A stretch of 64,000 nucleotides of DNA from an uncultured Actinomycetota bacterium (GTDB lineage: Bacteria > Actinomycetota > UBA4738 > HRBIN12). A program made the translations under genes and the position numbers. The notes below the pieces were generated by a model. It was not told the origin of the DNA. It was given only the letters and a program-made list of their open reading frames with translations, and did no database searches. The stretch spans positions 192,725 through 256,724 of the forward strand of contig CAWJFY010000005.1 of NCBI GenBank assembly GCA_963842295.1, read 5' to 3'. Of this stretch, positions 47,226 through 57,935 are shown one piece after another; the first letter of the stretch is position 1, and every line of letters starts with the position of its first letter.

Positions 47226-48554
47226 ATGCTCGAGGAGCTCTCAGCGGCGGTGCGAGGACGACGCGTGTCGGCCGAGGAACTCGTCCGGACATCCCTCGAG
47301 CGGATCGAGCGGTTGAACCCTCCGCTCAACGCGGTGATCTCGGTCCGTGAACGAGCGGTGGATGAGGCGCGCGAGCTGGACGGGCGCGTCGGCGCCGGAG
47401 ACGATCCCGGGCCCCTCGCCGGCATCCCGCTGCTCGTCAAGGACATGGAGGACGTCCAGGGCGTTCCCTCCACGTACGGGTCGCTCGTGTTCGCCGACGC
47501 GCCGGCGGCCGCCGCCGACGGGCTGATCCCCCGGCGTCTCAAGGCCGCCGGCGCGATCGTGGTGGGCAAGACGAACCAGCCCGAGTTCGCCTTCGCGGGG
47601 TTCACCGACAACCTCCTCTACGGCGCGACGCGGAACCCGTGGAACGTGGAGTCCTCGCCCGGCGGCTCGTCAGGGGGCTCTGCGGCGGCGATGGCGGCCG
47701 GGATGGCTCCCATCGGGACCGCGACGGACGGAGGCGGGTCGATCCGCATCCCGGCCGGGTGCTGCGGGTTGGTGGGGCTGAAGCCGACGAACGGCGTGAT
47801 CGGGCGCGAGCCCGTTCCGGACTGGATCGACCTCTCCACGTCCGGACCGTTGGCGCAGACGGTCGCCGACGCCCGGCTCCTCTTGGACATCGAGGCCGGT
47901 CCGGTGCCGGGAGACCCGAGCGCGCTGCCGTACCCCTTCCCGATGCATGGCGGGATGCCCGCCCGCGCGATCGCAGCGCCGCGGCTCGTGGATCTCGGGC
48001 CGCTTCCGGAGCCGGTCCAGACGGCGTTCGATGCTGCGCTGGGCGCGTTCGAGCGAGACACGGGCCTGTCGGTCGAACCGATCCACCCCGCCGAGATCTT
48101 CCGCGCCGGGAACCCGAGCGAAGACTGGCTCCTGCTCTGCGCGCTCGAGCACGTCCATCGTTTCGGGTGGGAGTTCTGCGAGTCCAACCTCGAGCGGTTC
48201 TCACCTGTCTTCGCAGACGTCGTGGAGTACGCGAGGAAGCGGCCGCTCGACGACTACATGGTCGCGCGCCGCCGTCGCTTCGAGTACGTCAAGGAGCTGG
48301 ACCTCCTGCTCGGCGACGATGCGGTGCTGCTCACGCCGACGAACTGCTTCCAGTCGATGCGGCCCGACGGCGCCGGGGACGACTCGACGGGCCGACCGGG
48401 GGAGGGCCCGGACTCGTACAACACCGACCCGCAGAACATGACCGGTCACCCCGCCATCAGCGTGCCCGCGGGACTGATGCCCGAGGGCGTTCCCCTGGGG
48501 CTCCAGATCACCGCCCCGCGGTTCCGTGACGACATGGCCCTTTCGGTCGCGTAG
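47226..48554 (+). CDS. amidase (amidase-signature family)
   Basis: GGSSGGSAAAMAAG is the AS-family signature, and the length is 442 aa. Confidence 0.8.
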   Translation: MLEELSAAVRGRRVSAEELVRTSLERIERLNPPLNAVISVRERAVDEARELDGRVGAGDDPGPLAGIPLLVKDMEDVQGVPSTYGSLVFADAPAAAADGLIPRRLKAAGAIVVGKTNQPEFAFAGFTDNLLYGATRNPWNVESSPGGSSGGSAAAMAAGMAPIGTATDGGGSIRIPAGCCGLVGLKPTNGVIGREPVPDWIDLSTSGPLAQTVADARLLLDIEAGPVPGDPSALPYPFPMHGGMPARAIAAPRLVDLGPLPEPVQTAFDAALGAFERDTGLSVEPIHPAEIFRAGNPSEDWLLLCALEHVHRFGWEFCESNLERFSPVFADVVEYARKRPLDDYMVARRRRFEYVKELDLLLGDDAVLLTPTNCFQSMRPDGAGDDSTGRPGEGPDSYNTDPQNMTGHPAISVPAGLMPEGVPLGLQITAPRFRDDMALSVA

Positions 48555-48647
48555 GCGTGGGAGCGGACGAACCCGTGGCCCTTGGTCGCGCCCGGCTACG
48601 AACCGTTCGTCGTGTAGCCCGGGAGAGCCCCGGGATCGCGAGGCGTC

Positions 48648-49835
48648 CTAGCGGGCATCCACCCGGAGATCGGAGCGGATCGCCGACGAGCCGCGGTCCT
48701 CGAACCACGTCACTCCCTCTGCGACCATGTCGAACTCGATCCGGTACGCACCCGGCCGTTCGGGCGCCCGAAGGACGATATCGATCGACGCCCCGCCTCC
48801 AGGAGCCACGTCGGCGTCGAGATCCGCCCGACCGAAGTCCCAGAGCGGGACGTCCAGATCATCGGGTGGAACGAGGTGGGCTCCGAGTCTCACCGCGCCC
48901 TCATACGACCCTCGCTCACCTCGCGCTCGCCAGGAAGCCGACCCCTGATTCGCTACATGGAGGCGGTACGTGAGGTCGTCCCCCGCACGACAGGCCTCCG
49001 GACCGTCGATGAGCTGCAGGTTCGCCGAGAGCGCTCCTGCCGCGCCGCTCTCCACCGTCGAATCCGGATCCCGGCAGACGATGACGGCACGATCGCCGTG
49101 GACCTCGAACACGCTCACATCCCGGAACCCGACGGCCTTGAGGAGCGCCACGGCGCCATCGAGACTCGGGAGGAACCAGTTGTAGCTGGCTTCCGCCGCC
49201 TCGGCGGGGTTCTCGACCCAGCCGATCGTATGCAGCGGACGCCGGAGACCTCCCACCACGTATTCGGCCTGCCGCCTGGATACCGCTTCGAGGACCCTGG
49301 ACCCTTTGGGCAAGAGCGCCGTTTCGACGATCAACGTGTCCTTCGTCACCGCAGCGAGCTTCTCGAGACCGAGGACCAGATGCTTCAGGTGGTAGATCAG
49401 CCCCAGCGCGAGCGTGACGTCGAATCGTCCGACGCTGGCGGCGCTGAGGTCATAGACGCTCATGGCACGGAACTCGATGTCCAGGCCGAGAGCTCGGCGA
49501 ACGAAACTCGCTTGCATGATCTCTCGTCGCATGGCGTCAACGCCCACGACACGAGCGGCGTTCCGACGCTTCGCTTCCACGGAGTAGAAGCCGGCGTTGC
49601 ATCCCACGTCGAGGACGCTCTTCCCGGAGAGATCGTCCGGCAGGCAGTTCTTGATGATGTCCCACGTCTCGCGAGGATGGTCGGCCGGCTCACCCGCGAC
49701 GCTTTCGGTCTTCGTCAGCACCCCGGGTGCGAGCTCGATGCAGTGGAACCAGGGGTCGAGCCGACGGATCCCATCCAGAACATCCTCCCGATTCACACGA
49801 CCCCTCCTACACGACGCTCCGCGCCGATTTCGCAC
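48648..49835 (-). CDS. class I SAM-dependent methyltransferase (CmoB/DUF1698-like) fused to a C-terminal Ig-like (DUF11/CARDB-like) domain
   Basis: SAM motif VLDVGCNAGFYSVEA. The C-terminal roughly 190 aa match a conserved-repeat-domain pattern (DDLTYRLHVANQGSASW...AYRIEFDMVAEG). Confidence 0.6.
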   Translation of the reverse strand: MRNRRGASCRRGRVNREDVLDGIRRLDPWFHCIELAPGVLTKTESVAGEPADHPRETWDIIKNCLPDDLSGKSVLDVGCNAGFYSVEAKRRNAARVVGVDAMRREIMQASFVRRALGLDIEFRAMSVYDLSAASVGRFDVTLALGLIYHLKHLVLGLEKLAAVTKDTLIVETALLPKGSRVLEAVSRRQAEYVVGGLRRPLHTIGWVENPAEAAEASYNWFLPSLDGAVALLKAVGFRDVSVFEVHGDRAVIVCRDPDSTVESGAAGALSANLQLIDGPEACRAGDDLTYRLHVANQGSASWRARGERGSYEGAVRLGAHLVPPDDLDVPLWDFGRADLDADVAPGGGASIDIVLRAPERPGAYRIEFDMVAEGVTWFEDRGSSAIRSDLRVDAR

Positions 49836-49836
49836 A

Positions 49837-51246
49837 TCACGGGCCCAAGTTGTAGCCGAGGCGCCGGGGAAGCTTCGCGACGAAGTCGATCAGGGGGTTC
49901 GGTTCCTCGCCGTCGTCCTCGGCGTCGTCCTTGCGGCGGATCGCGGTGTTGGCGACGAGTGCCCCCGGTGATCGGACGGGCTGGGGCGGGAACCGGAGCG
50001 GCTCCAGGTCGACCAGCGGCAGGTCGAGGACCGGATCGGCCCTCCCCAGGATCCGGTGCGCCATGATCCGGCCGCCGAGGTGCGCCGGCCCGACTCCGTT
50101 GCCCGTGTAGCCGTGTCCGTAATGGACGTTGCCGCGACCGATCGTCCCGAACGTGGGGAGGTGATGACCCGACACGTCGATCGGGCCTCCCCAGGCGGCC
50201 TCGAGCGGCACACCGAGGAATCCGGGGAACATCCGGTGCAGGTCCGTGACCGCGATCCGGATCGCTTCGGCGTCGTAGGCGAACCGCGGGCCGATCCGCC
50301 GGGCGAGGTTGGGCTGCATCCCGCCGACGCCGAACGAGATCCTGCCGTCGGGAGTGGTTCGCACGTAGTGGACCGCCGAGCGCATGTCGGCCAGTCCCGA
50401 TCCGTCCACCCACCCGATCTCTTTCAGCTTCTCGGGCGCGGGCTCCGTGAGCACGATGTAAGAGCCGCGGACGACGACCGTCCGGCGGAAGCGCTTCCAG
50501 TGCGACGCCCACGCGTTCAGGGCGACCACGGCGGAACCGGCCCGGACGGTGCCGCCGCTGGTCTCCGCGAGGGCGGGGCTCCCCGCCCCGAAGCGGGTGA
50601 CCGTGGCGTTCTCGAAGATCCGTACGCCCCGTTCGAGCAACACCCGGCGCATGCCACGCGCGAGGCGTGCGGGATGCACCGTCGCGCCCACCTTCCGGAA
50701 CAGCGCGCCGCGGAACACCGGTGAAGCGATCCGCGCGCGCATCTCGGGTCCGGACAGGACCTGGAAGTGCTCGTTCACCCCCAGCCGGTCGGCCGTGATG
50801 ACCCCGTCAGCCCACCGGCCCACCTGGTCGTCGGACGCCGCGACCACGTACTCGCCGTCGGCGCGGTACCAGGCGTCGATCCCGTGGTCGTCGCAGAACC
50901 GTCCGATCGCACGAACGCTCTCCTCGCCTGCCTCGCAGAGGGCGATCGCGGCGTGGTCTCCGAACCGATGTGCGAGGTACTCGATGTCGCCCCAGAAGGA
51001 GTTCACGAAGCCGCCGTTCCGACCGCTGGCGCCGCCGCCCGCGATGTCTTGCTCGAGGATGACGACGTCCACGCCCGGGTCGAGCTCCGTGAGGTGCAAG
51101 GCTGTCCACATCCCCGTGTAGCCCCCGCCGAGGATCACGACGTCGGCGGTCGTATCACCGCGGAGCGGACGGGCGGGCTCACCGGGATCGGCGGCGAGCG
51201 CGTCGCGGAGCCACCAGCTCCGGCCGGCGTCGGGTGGGATCGTCAT
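49837..51246 (-). CDS. FAD-dependent oxidoreductase (DAO family, gamma-glutamylputrescine/amino-acid oxidase-like)
   Basis: ADVVILGGGYTGMWTALHL is an FAD dinucleotide motif. The length is 469 aa from the ATG at 51246. The N-terminal 590 aa of ORF 49837..53016 are antisense to ilvD and artifactual. Confidence 0.7.
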   Translation of the reverse strand: MTIPPDAGRSWWLRDALAADPGEPARPLRGDTTADVVILGGGYTGMWTALHLTELDPGVDVVILEQDIAGGGASGRNGGFVNSFWGDIEYLAHRFGDHAAIALCEAGEESVRAIGRFCDDHGIDAWYRADGEYVVAASDDQVGRWADGVITADRLGVNEHFQVLSGPEMRARIASPVFRGALFRKVGATVHPARLARGMRRVLLERGVRIFENATVTRFGAGSPALAETSGGTVRAGSAVVALNAWASHWKRFRRTVVVRGSYIVLTEPAPEKLKEIGWVDGSGLADMRSAVHYVRTTPDGRISFGVGGMQPNLARRIGPRFAYDAEAIRIAVTDLHRMFPGFLGVPLEAAWGGPIDVSGHHLPTFGTIGRGNVHYGHGYTGNGVGPAHLGGRIMAHRILGRADPVLDLPLVDLEPLRFPPQPVRSPGALVANTAIRRKDDAEDDGEEPNPLIDFVAKLPRRLGYNLGP

Positions 51247-51321
51247 CTGCACGAGCGGCTCACGTCTCCTTGCTAGGCTGCAGCCCCGCATCTTCGCAGG
51301 TCGTCCACGAAAGGTACCTAC

Positions 51322-53004
51322 ATGGCCGGCGAGCACGATCGCCCGCGCAGCTGGGAGGTCACGGAAGGACCCCATCGTGCGCCCGCGCGCGCGATGCTCC
51401 GCGCCGTCGGTTTCTCCGAGGACGACTTCGCGAAGCCTCAGGTCGCCGTTGCGTCGTCGTGGAACGAGGTCACGCCGTGCAACTACCACCTCGACAAGCT
51501 CGCCGCCCTCGCGAAGGAAGGCGTGCGCCAGGGGGGGTCGGTCCCGCTCGAGTTCGGCACGATCGCGGTCTCCGACGGGATCGCGATGGGGCACGAGGGC
51601 ATGAAGGCTTCGTTGATGAGCCGCGATCTGATCGCCGACTCGGTGGAGCTGGTGATGCACGCCGAGCGCTTCGACGCGCTCGTGGGGATCGCCGGCTGCG
51701 ACAAGTCCGAGCCCGGGATGATGATGGCGATGGCCCGGCTGAACCTGCCGTCGGTCTACCTCTACGGCGGCACGATCCTCCCCGGCACCTACCGGGAGAG
51801 AGACATCACGATCCAGGATGTGTTCGAGGCGGTCGGGGCTCACGCGAAGGGCACGATCGACGACGCCGAGCTGCTCGGGATCGAGCGCGCCGCGTGTCCC
51901 ACGACCGGTTCGTGTGCCGGCATGTACACCGCGAACACGATGGCCGCCGTGGGCGAGGCGATCGGGCTCTCGCTCCCCGGCGCCGCGTCTCCGCCCGCCG
52001 TGGACTACCGACGAGAGGTGTACGCGCGCGAGAGCGGCATCCGGGCCGCCGAGCTGGTCGCCGCCGGCGGGCCGCTCCCGAGGGACATCCTCACGAAGGA
52101 GGCGTTCGAGAACGCGATCACGGTGGTCATGGCCCTCGCGGGCTCCACGAATGCCGTGTTGCACCTGCTCGCGATCGCCCGCGAGGCGGGGGTCGACCTC
52201 CAGCTCGACGACTTCGATCGCGTCTCGCGCTCGACTCCGCACCTCGTCGACGTCCGGCCGGCCGGCAAGTTCGTCATGAGCGACCTCGACCGTGTGGGCG
52301 GCGTGCCGGTGGTGATGAAGGAGTTGCTCGACGCCGGGCTGCTGCACGGGGACTGCTTGACGGTCACGGGCAGGTCGCAGGCGGAGAACCTGGCCGAGCT
52401 CGCTCCACAAGAGCCCGATGGCGACATCGTCCATCCGGCAGGCGACGCGATCCACCCCTGGGGCGGGATCGCGATCCTCCGCGGGAACCTCGCCCCGAAC
52501 GGCGCCGTCGTGAAGGCCGCGGGCGCGGAAGGCCTCACGTTCGAAGGCGTCGCCCGTCCGTTCGACTCCGAGCAGGACGCCTTCGCCGCCGTCACCTCGG
52601 GCCGGATCGCGAGCGGCGACGTGATCGTGATCCGGTACGAAGGCCCGAAGGGCTCGCCCGGGATGCCCGAGATGCTGGCGGTCACCGCGGCCGTCGCCGG
52701 CGCCGGTCTCGGGAAAGACGTCGCGTTGATCACCGATGGCCGGTTCTCGGGCGCGACCAAGGGATACAGCGTCGGTCACATCGCGCCGGAGGCGTTCGTC
52801 GGCGGTCCGATCGCCCTGGTCGAGGAAGGGGACCGGATCCGGATCGACGCGGACGCCCGATCGCTCGAGCTGCTGGTGGACGACGCGACGCTCGCCGGCC
52901 GGCGCGACGGCTGGACGGCTCCGGCGCCGCGCTACACGACGGGCGCCCTCGCGAAGTACGCGAAGCTCGTGGGTGGCGCCGACCACGGGGCGATCACCGG
53001 ATGA
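51322..53004 (+). CDS. ilvD: dihydroxy-acid dehydratase
   Basis: 560 aa. The IlvD/Edd motifs [21 protein letters not shown] and SGATKG are present. Confidence 0.9.
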   Translation: MAGEHDRPRSWEVTEGPHRAPARAMLRAVGFSEDDFAKPQVAVASSWNEVTPCNYHLDKLAALAKEGVRQGGSVPLEFGTIAVSDGIAMGHEGMKASLMSRDLIADSVELVMHAERFDALVGIAGCDKSEPGMMMAMARLNLPSVYLYGGTILPGTYRERDITIQDVFEAVGAHAKGTIDDAELLGIERAACPTTGSCAGMYTANTMAAVGEAIGLSLPGAASPPAVDYRREVYARESGIRAAELVAAGGPLPRDILTKEAFENAITVVMALAGSTNAVLHLLAIAREAGVDLQLDDFDRVSRSTPHLVDVRPAGKFVMSDLDRVGGVPVVMKELLDAGLLHGDCLTVTGRSQAENLAELAPQEPDGDIVHPAGDAIHPWGGIAILRGNLAPNGAVVKAAGAEGLTFEGVARPFDSEQDAFAAVTSGRIASGDVIVIRYEGPKGSPGMPEMLAVTAAVAGAGLGKDVALITDGRFSGATKGYSVGHIAPEAFVGGPIALVEEGDRIRIDADARSLELLVDDATLAGRRDGWTAPAPRYTTGALAKYAKLVGGADHGAITG

Positions 53005-53029
53005 CCTTGATCGCACGAACCCGGCGGCG

Positions 53030-54238
53030 TTGCAGTGTCGGATCTGCGGCGAGCGCTACAACGTCGAGCCGCTCACGATCTGCCAGGAGTGCTTCGGCCC
53101 GCTCGAGCCCTCCTACGACCTGGACGCGATCGACGGGACGGACTTCCGCAAGCAGGTCGAGGCCGGGCCCGCCAGCCTGTGGCGATACGAGGCGCTCCTG
53201 CCGGGCGGGCCCGGCCTCGACCGGGTGGACCTCGGCGCCGGCTTCACGCCGCTCCGCCGCGCGGACCGGCTCGCAGCCGCCCTGGGTCTGCGGAACCTCT
53301 GGATCAAGGACGACTCCGTGAACCCGTCCTATTCGTTCAAGGATCGGGTCGTGTCGATCGCCGCCACGATGGCCAAAGCGTTCGGGTTCGAGGCTCTGTC
53401 CTGCGCCTCCACCGGCAACCTGGCGAACGCCGCCGCCGCGCACGCCGCCCAGGCAGGGATGCCGTGCTACGTGTTCGTCCCCGACGATCTCGAGCGCGCG
53501 AAGATCCTCGCCACCGAGACCTACGGCGCGAGGGTCGTCGCCGTGAAGGGCAACTACGACGACGTCAACCGCCTCTGCGCCGAGGTCGCCGAGACACTGC
53601 CGTGGGCGTTCGTGAACGTGAACATGCGCCCCTACTACGCGGAGGGCTCGAAGTCCCTCGGGTTCGAGACCGCAGAACAACTCGGCTGGCACCTGCCCGA
53701 CCACGTCGTGGTGCCGGTCGCGAGCGGCGCCCTGCTGACGAAGATCCACCGAGCGTTCCAGGAGCTGATCGCGATCGGAGCCGTCGAGGAGAAGCGGTAC
53801 CGGGTGAGCGGCGCCCAGCCGGAAGGATGCCGGCCCGTCGCGCAGGCCTTCCGAGACGGCGCCGAGGAGGTCACGCCGGTCAAGCCCGACACGATCGCCC
53901 GGTCGCTCGCGATCGGCTCGCCGGCGGACGGGTATTTCGCGCTCCAGGTCGCCCGTGAGACCGGCGGCGTGATCGAGTGGTGCGCGGAGGAGGAGATCCT
54001 CGAAGGGGTCCGGCTCCTCGCCTCCACCGAGGGCGTCTTCACCGAGACGGCGGGCGGGGTCACGATCGCCAACCTCAAGCGACTGGTGGAGCAGGGGGTG
54101 ATCGGGGCGGACGAGGAGGTGGTCGCCTACGTGACCGGCAACGGCTACAAGACCGTCGAGGCGTTCGAAGGGCTGGTCGAGCCCAGCTATCACGTGGCCC
54201 CCGACCTCGAGGAGTTCCTGGCCGTCCTGGAGCGGTGA
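53030..54238 (+). CDS. thrC: threonine synthase with an N-terminal zinc-ribbon
   Basis: CRICGERYNVEPLTICQECFGP, then the PLP fold with SFKDR at the PLP lysine. A TTG start at 53030 or a GTG at 52973 would overlap the ilvD end. Confidence 0.75.
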   Translation: MQCRICGERYNVEPLTICQECFGPLEPSYDLDAIDGTDFRKQVEAGPASLWRYEALLPGGPGLDRVDLGAGFTPLRRADRLAAALGLRNLWIKDDSVNPSYSFKDRVVSIAATMAKAFGFEALSCASTGNLANAAAAHAAQAGMPCYVFVPDDLERAKILATETYGARVVAVKGNYDDVNRLCAEVAETLPWAFVNVNMRPYYAEGSKSLGFETAEQLGWHLPDHVVVPVASGALLTKIHRAFQELIAIGAVEEKRYRVSGAQPEGCRPVAQAFRDGAEEVTPVKPDTIARSLAIGSPADGYFALQVARETGGVIEWCAEEEILEGVRLLASTEGVFTETAGGVTIANLKRLVEQGVIGADEEVVAYVTGNGYKTVEAFEGLVEPSYHVAPDLEEFLAVLER

Positions 54239-54359
54239 GAGAGGCATCCGCTTGCGCTCGGAGGCCTGAACGCACAGACTCCACCCGCCGTGCCCGCACT
54301 GAGGGATCCTTCGGGAGGTAGCCCTGGAGAAGGCCGAGTTCGAGGCCGAAGCCGACCGG

Positions 54360-55094
54360 TTGCTCGCTCTCGCCAGCGAGGAGGGAACAACGCTCAGGCT
54401 CCTCGGTGCAGTCGCCTTCGCACGCCGTTGCCCGAACCACGCCTACCTGCGCGAGAAGCTTGGGCGCCGCTACACAGACATCGACTTCGCGGCCTACGGG
54501 CGGGAGGCGCCGGAGATCCGCGCGATGCTCAGCCGGGCGGGCTACGTCGAGGACTCGGCGGTCTATGTGGACTCGGAGGGCTCCCGTCTGGTGGCCGAGC
54601 ACCCGGGGATCGGGATGCACGTCGACGTGTTCCTCGACAAGCTCGAGTTCTGTCACACGGTCCGGTGGAAAGAGCGCCTCGAGATCGATTCCGAGACGAT
54701 CCCGCTCGCCGAACTGCTCCTGCAGAAGATGCAGATCGTCGAGATCAACGAGAAGGACCTGATCGACACCATCATGCTCCTGCTCGAGTTCCCGCTCGGG
54801 GACTCGGACGACGACACGATCAACATCGGACGCGTCGCCGCGATCTGCGCGAAGGACTGGGGCTGGTGGCGCACCCTCACGATGAACCTCGCCAAGGTTC
54901 GCCAGATGGCCGAGCACTACGAACAGCTGAACGAGGACGAGACTCGGCGCGTTTCCGACCAGGTTGTGGCGGCGCTCGAGCGGATCGGGGCGGAGCCGAA
55001 GTCGATGTCATGGAGGCTCCGCGCGAAGGTCGGCGACCGGAAGAAGTGGTACCGGGACGTGGGTGAGCTGATGGCCGTGCCGGAGGACGCTTGA
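54360..55094 (+). CDS. hypothetical protein, possibly ANT(2'')-like nucleotidyltransferase-fold
   Basis: 244 aa with a TTG start. LRLLGAVAFARRCPNHAYLREKLGRRYTDIDFAAY parallels the G...R...DDIDL motif of ANT(2'')-type NTases. The GC content is about 58-60%. Confidence 0.35.
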   Translation: MLALASEEGTTLRLLGAVAFARRCPNHAYLREKLGRRYTDIDFAAYGREAPEIRAMLSRAGYVEDSAVYVDSEGSRLVAEHPGIGMHVDVFLDKLEFCHTVRWKERLEIDSETIPLAELLLQKMQIVEINEKDLIDTIMLLLEFPLGDSDDDTINIGRVAAICAKDWGWWRTLTMNLAKVRQMAEHYEQLNEDETRRVSDQVVAALERIGAEPKSMSWRLRAKVGDRKKWYRDVGELMAVPEDA

Positions 55095-55095
55095 C

Positions 55096-56091
55096 ATGCC
55101 GCTGTTCTCCAAGACGGCGAAGGAGAAGGCAACGCGCCTCTTCTACGCATCCGACATCCACGGGTCGGAGCCCACCTACCGCAAGTTCCTGAACGCCGCG
55201 AAGTTCTACGAGGTCGACGCCCTCGTGTTCGGCGGCGATCTGATGGGGAAGCTCCTGATCCCGATGGTGCGGGACGCCGGCGGCACCTGGAGGGCGAGCC
55301 TCCAGGGTCAGCAGCATCACCTCAAGAGCGAGGAACAGCTGGCGACCTTCAAGCGGACCATGCAGACGCTCGGCTTCTACTGGCAGGAGATGGATCCCGA
55401 GGAGTACGCGACGTATGAAGGCCAACAGGGGCGCATCGACGACCTGTTCGACGTCCTCGCGAAGGAGCGCCTCGCCGGGTGGGTCACGCTCGCCGAGGAG
55501 CGGCTCGCGGGCACACCCGTGAACGTGTATCTCTGCGGCGGGAACGACGACACCGACGAGGTGTTGACTGCCCTCGACGAGGCATCGGGCGAGCGCGTCG
55601 TGAACGCGGAGAACCGGGCAGTGCCGCTCGATGACGAGCACGAGCTCCTGACGATCGGCTACTCGACGCCGACACCGTGGGAGACGCCGCGCGAGCGGAC
55701 CGACGAGGAGATCGGAGAGATCATCGAGAAGCTGATGCCGGCTGTCGCTGATCCGGCCAAGACCGTCTTCAACTTCCACTGCCCGCCGCTCGACTCCGGC
55801 CTCGACACATGTCTGAAGCTCGATGCGTCGGTCTGGCCGCCGAAACCAGTGATCGAGAGGGGTCAGCCGGTCCACTACGGCGCAGGGTCGCAGGCTGTGG
55901 CGGACGCGCTCACCAGCTACCAGCCCATCGTCGGCCTCCATGGCCATATCCACGAGTCCCGGGGGGCGACCAAGTACGGCCGCACTCCGGCGTTCAACCC
56001 CGGCAGCGAGTACGGAGAGGGGGTATTGCGCGGCCTGATCGTCGCGATCCGGGGAGGAGAAGTGCTGGGACACCAGTTCACGTCCGGCTGA
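55096..56091 (+). CDS. calcineurin-like metallophosphoesterase
   Basis: LFYASDIHGSE, GGDL, GGNDD and GHIHE are metal-binding motifs. It starts 1 nt after the previous stop. Confidence 0.75.
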   Translation: MPLFSKTAKEKATRLFYASDIHGSEPTYRKFLNAAKFYEVDALVFGGDLMGKLLIPMVRDAGGTWRASLQGQQHHLKSEEQLATFKRTMQTLGFYWQEMDPEEYATYEGQQGRIDDLFDVLAKERLAGWVTLAEERLAGTPVNVYLCGGNDDTDEVLTALDEASGERVVNAENRAVPLDDEHELLTIGYSTPTPWETPRERTDEEIGEIIEKLMPAVADPAKTVFNFHCPPLDSGLDTCLKLDASVWPPKPVIERGQPVHYGAGSQAVADALTSYQPIVGLHGHIHESRGATKYGRTPAFNPGSEYGEGVLRGLIVAIRGGEVLGHQFTSG

Positions 56092-56120
56092 GCCGGCGTG
56101 ACGCACAGAAGGAGGGAGGG

Positions 56121-57935
56121 ATGGCTGAAGCGGTAGCGCCGCAGGTCTTCACCCGGCGAGCTTCAGGTCTCGTTCGGGTGATGTCGCCGTACTCGGCGTT
56201 CATCTACAACGTCCTCACGATGGGCCTGATCTTCCCGTGGACGTACGTCTGGGCACCAACGGCGTTCCAGGGGTCGAACCTGGTCCTCGGGATCTTTTTC
56301 GCGTTCCTCTTCGAGCTGCCGATCGCGCTCGCGTACGTCTGGCTGGCGACCGCACTTCCCCGGTCGGGCGGCGACTACGTGTTCCAGAGTCGCGTGTTCG
56401 GCGGCGGGTTCGGGTTCACGGTGGTGTTCGCGTTCTTCGTGGTCTGGATCCTTCAATGGGTGGCGCTGTCCGGATGGCTGATGGCCGTCCTCGGCATCGC
56501 GCCGACCTTCATCGGGCTCGGCGTCACGCTGAACAACCAGGCACTGATCGACTTCGGCGCCTGGGCTGCCACGGCCAACGGCATCATCATCATCAGCATC
56601 CTCAACGCGGCGCTGTCCCTCGTGCTGCTCGTGACGGGATTCCGCAACTACGTCCGGTTCCAGTACGTGATGTGGTACGCGATCCTCGCGTCCTTCGCCG
56701 TGATGTTGATCCTGTTCTTCACGACGAACGCTGGGGACTTCCGGTCGAGCCTCGATGGGTTCGCGAGCGCCACTGGCGGAACACCGGAGTTCTTCGCGAC
56801 GGCGAAGGCCGCCGCGGCGGATGCCGGTGTGAACTTCAACCCGCCGTTCTGGCTCTTCGGAACGCTGATGGTGGCACCGATCGCGTGGACGAGCCTGCAG
56901 TGGGCTACCTACTCCTCCGAGCAGGGCGGCGAGATCAAGAACGCCAACGTGTTCAGGAGCCAGGTGTTCATCATCGTGGGCTCGCTGACCCTGACGGCGG
57001 CGCTGTTGATCCTCCTCGCCGTTGCGATGGAGGGCGGCATCGGGCAAGAGGGGCTCATGGTTGCCTCGTCCGGCTATTGGTACTTGGTTCCCGAGGCGAA
57101 GCTCGTCGATGGGGTGGTACCTCTGATGCCGAACCTGATCGCGATCGCGCTCACCTCGAGCCCGATCCTGATCGGGGTCATCGGCATCGGGTACATCCTC
57201 AATTCCTTCCAGATCGTCTGCAACTGCTATATCGGGACGACGCGGATCATGGTCGCGCAGGGGCTCGACGGGTTGCTGCCCGACTGGTTCGCGCGTGTGC
57301 ATCCACGGTGGAAGACACCCTTGAACGCGCACATCGCGTACTTCCTGGCGGCGATCCCGGTGATCTGGGGGTACAACAAGATCGGCGACTGGTTCCGCTG
57401 GACCCTCGGGATCACGTTCGCGAACGGCGCGGTGATGACGCTCTCCGCGCTGGCGGCGGCGCTGCTGCCCTATCGCGCCGCGAAGGTGTACGAGGCATCG
57501 CCTGGCGCCGAGTACAAGCTCGGGAACACGCCGCTCGTGACCGTGGTCGGAGCTCTCGGGTTCCTGTTCGGAGCCTTCATGGTCGGGTCGTTCCTGTTCG
57601 TGGACAACCTCGGCCTCGCGGCGTCGATCAACGGGTGGTTCCCCTACTACATCGTCCTGGGGACGGCGCTGTTCGGGCTGCTCGTGTACTTCGTCATGCG
57701 GCAGGTCCGGGCCAGTGCCGGTCTGAAGGTCGAGTACGCGTTCCGGGAGATCCGCCGGAGTAGCGCTGAACGACTGGCGGAAGGGCGGGGCCGTCAGGCC
57801 TCGCCCTCCTCCGTCCGGGGAGACGTCAGTGAGCGATCGTGCACGCGCGGTGGTGGTGGGCGGCGGCGTCACCGGGTGCAGCGTGGCGCTGCACCTGGCG
57901 CGCGCCGGGTGGACGGACGTGCTGCTGCTGGATAA
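56121..57935 (+). CDS. APC-superfamily amino-acid/amine permease
   Basis: About 12 TM helices. GGAGGGAGGG lies immediately upstream of the ATG. The C-terminal tail overlaps the next gene by 107 nt. Confidence 0.75.
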   Translation: MAEAVAPQVFTRRASGLVRVMSPYSAFIYNVLTMGLIFPWTYVWAPTAFQGSNLVLGIFFAFLFELPIALAYVWLATALPRSGGDYVFQSRVFGGGFGFTVVFAFFVVWILQWVALSGWLMAVLGIAPTFIGLGVTLNNQALIDFGAWAATANGIIIISILNAALSLVLLVTGFRNYVRFQYVMWYAILASFAVMLILFFTTNAGDFRSSLDGFASATGGTPEFFATAKAAAADAGVNFNPPFWLFGTLMVAPIAWTSLQWATYSSEQGGEIKNANVFRSQVFIIVGSLTLTAALLILLAVAMEGGIGQEGLMVASSGYWYLVPEAKLVDGVVPLMPNLIAIALTSSPILIGVIGIGYILNSFQIVCNCYIGTTRIMVAQGLDGLLPDWFARVHPRWKTPLNAHIAYFLAAIPVIWGYNKIGDWFRWTLGITFANGAVMTLSALAAALLPYRAAKVYEASPGAEYKLGNTPLVTVVGALGFLFGAFMVGSFLFVDNLGLAASINGWFPYYIVLGTALFGLLVYFVMRQVRASAGLKVEYAFREIRRSSAERLAEGRGRQASPSSVRGDVSERSCTRGGGGRRRHRVQRGAAPGARRVDGRAAAG

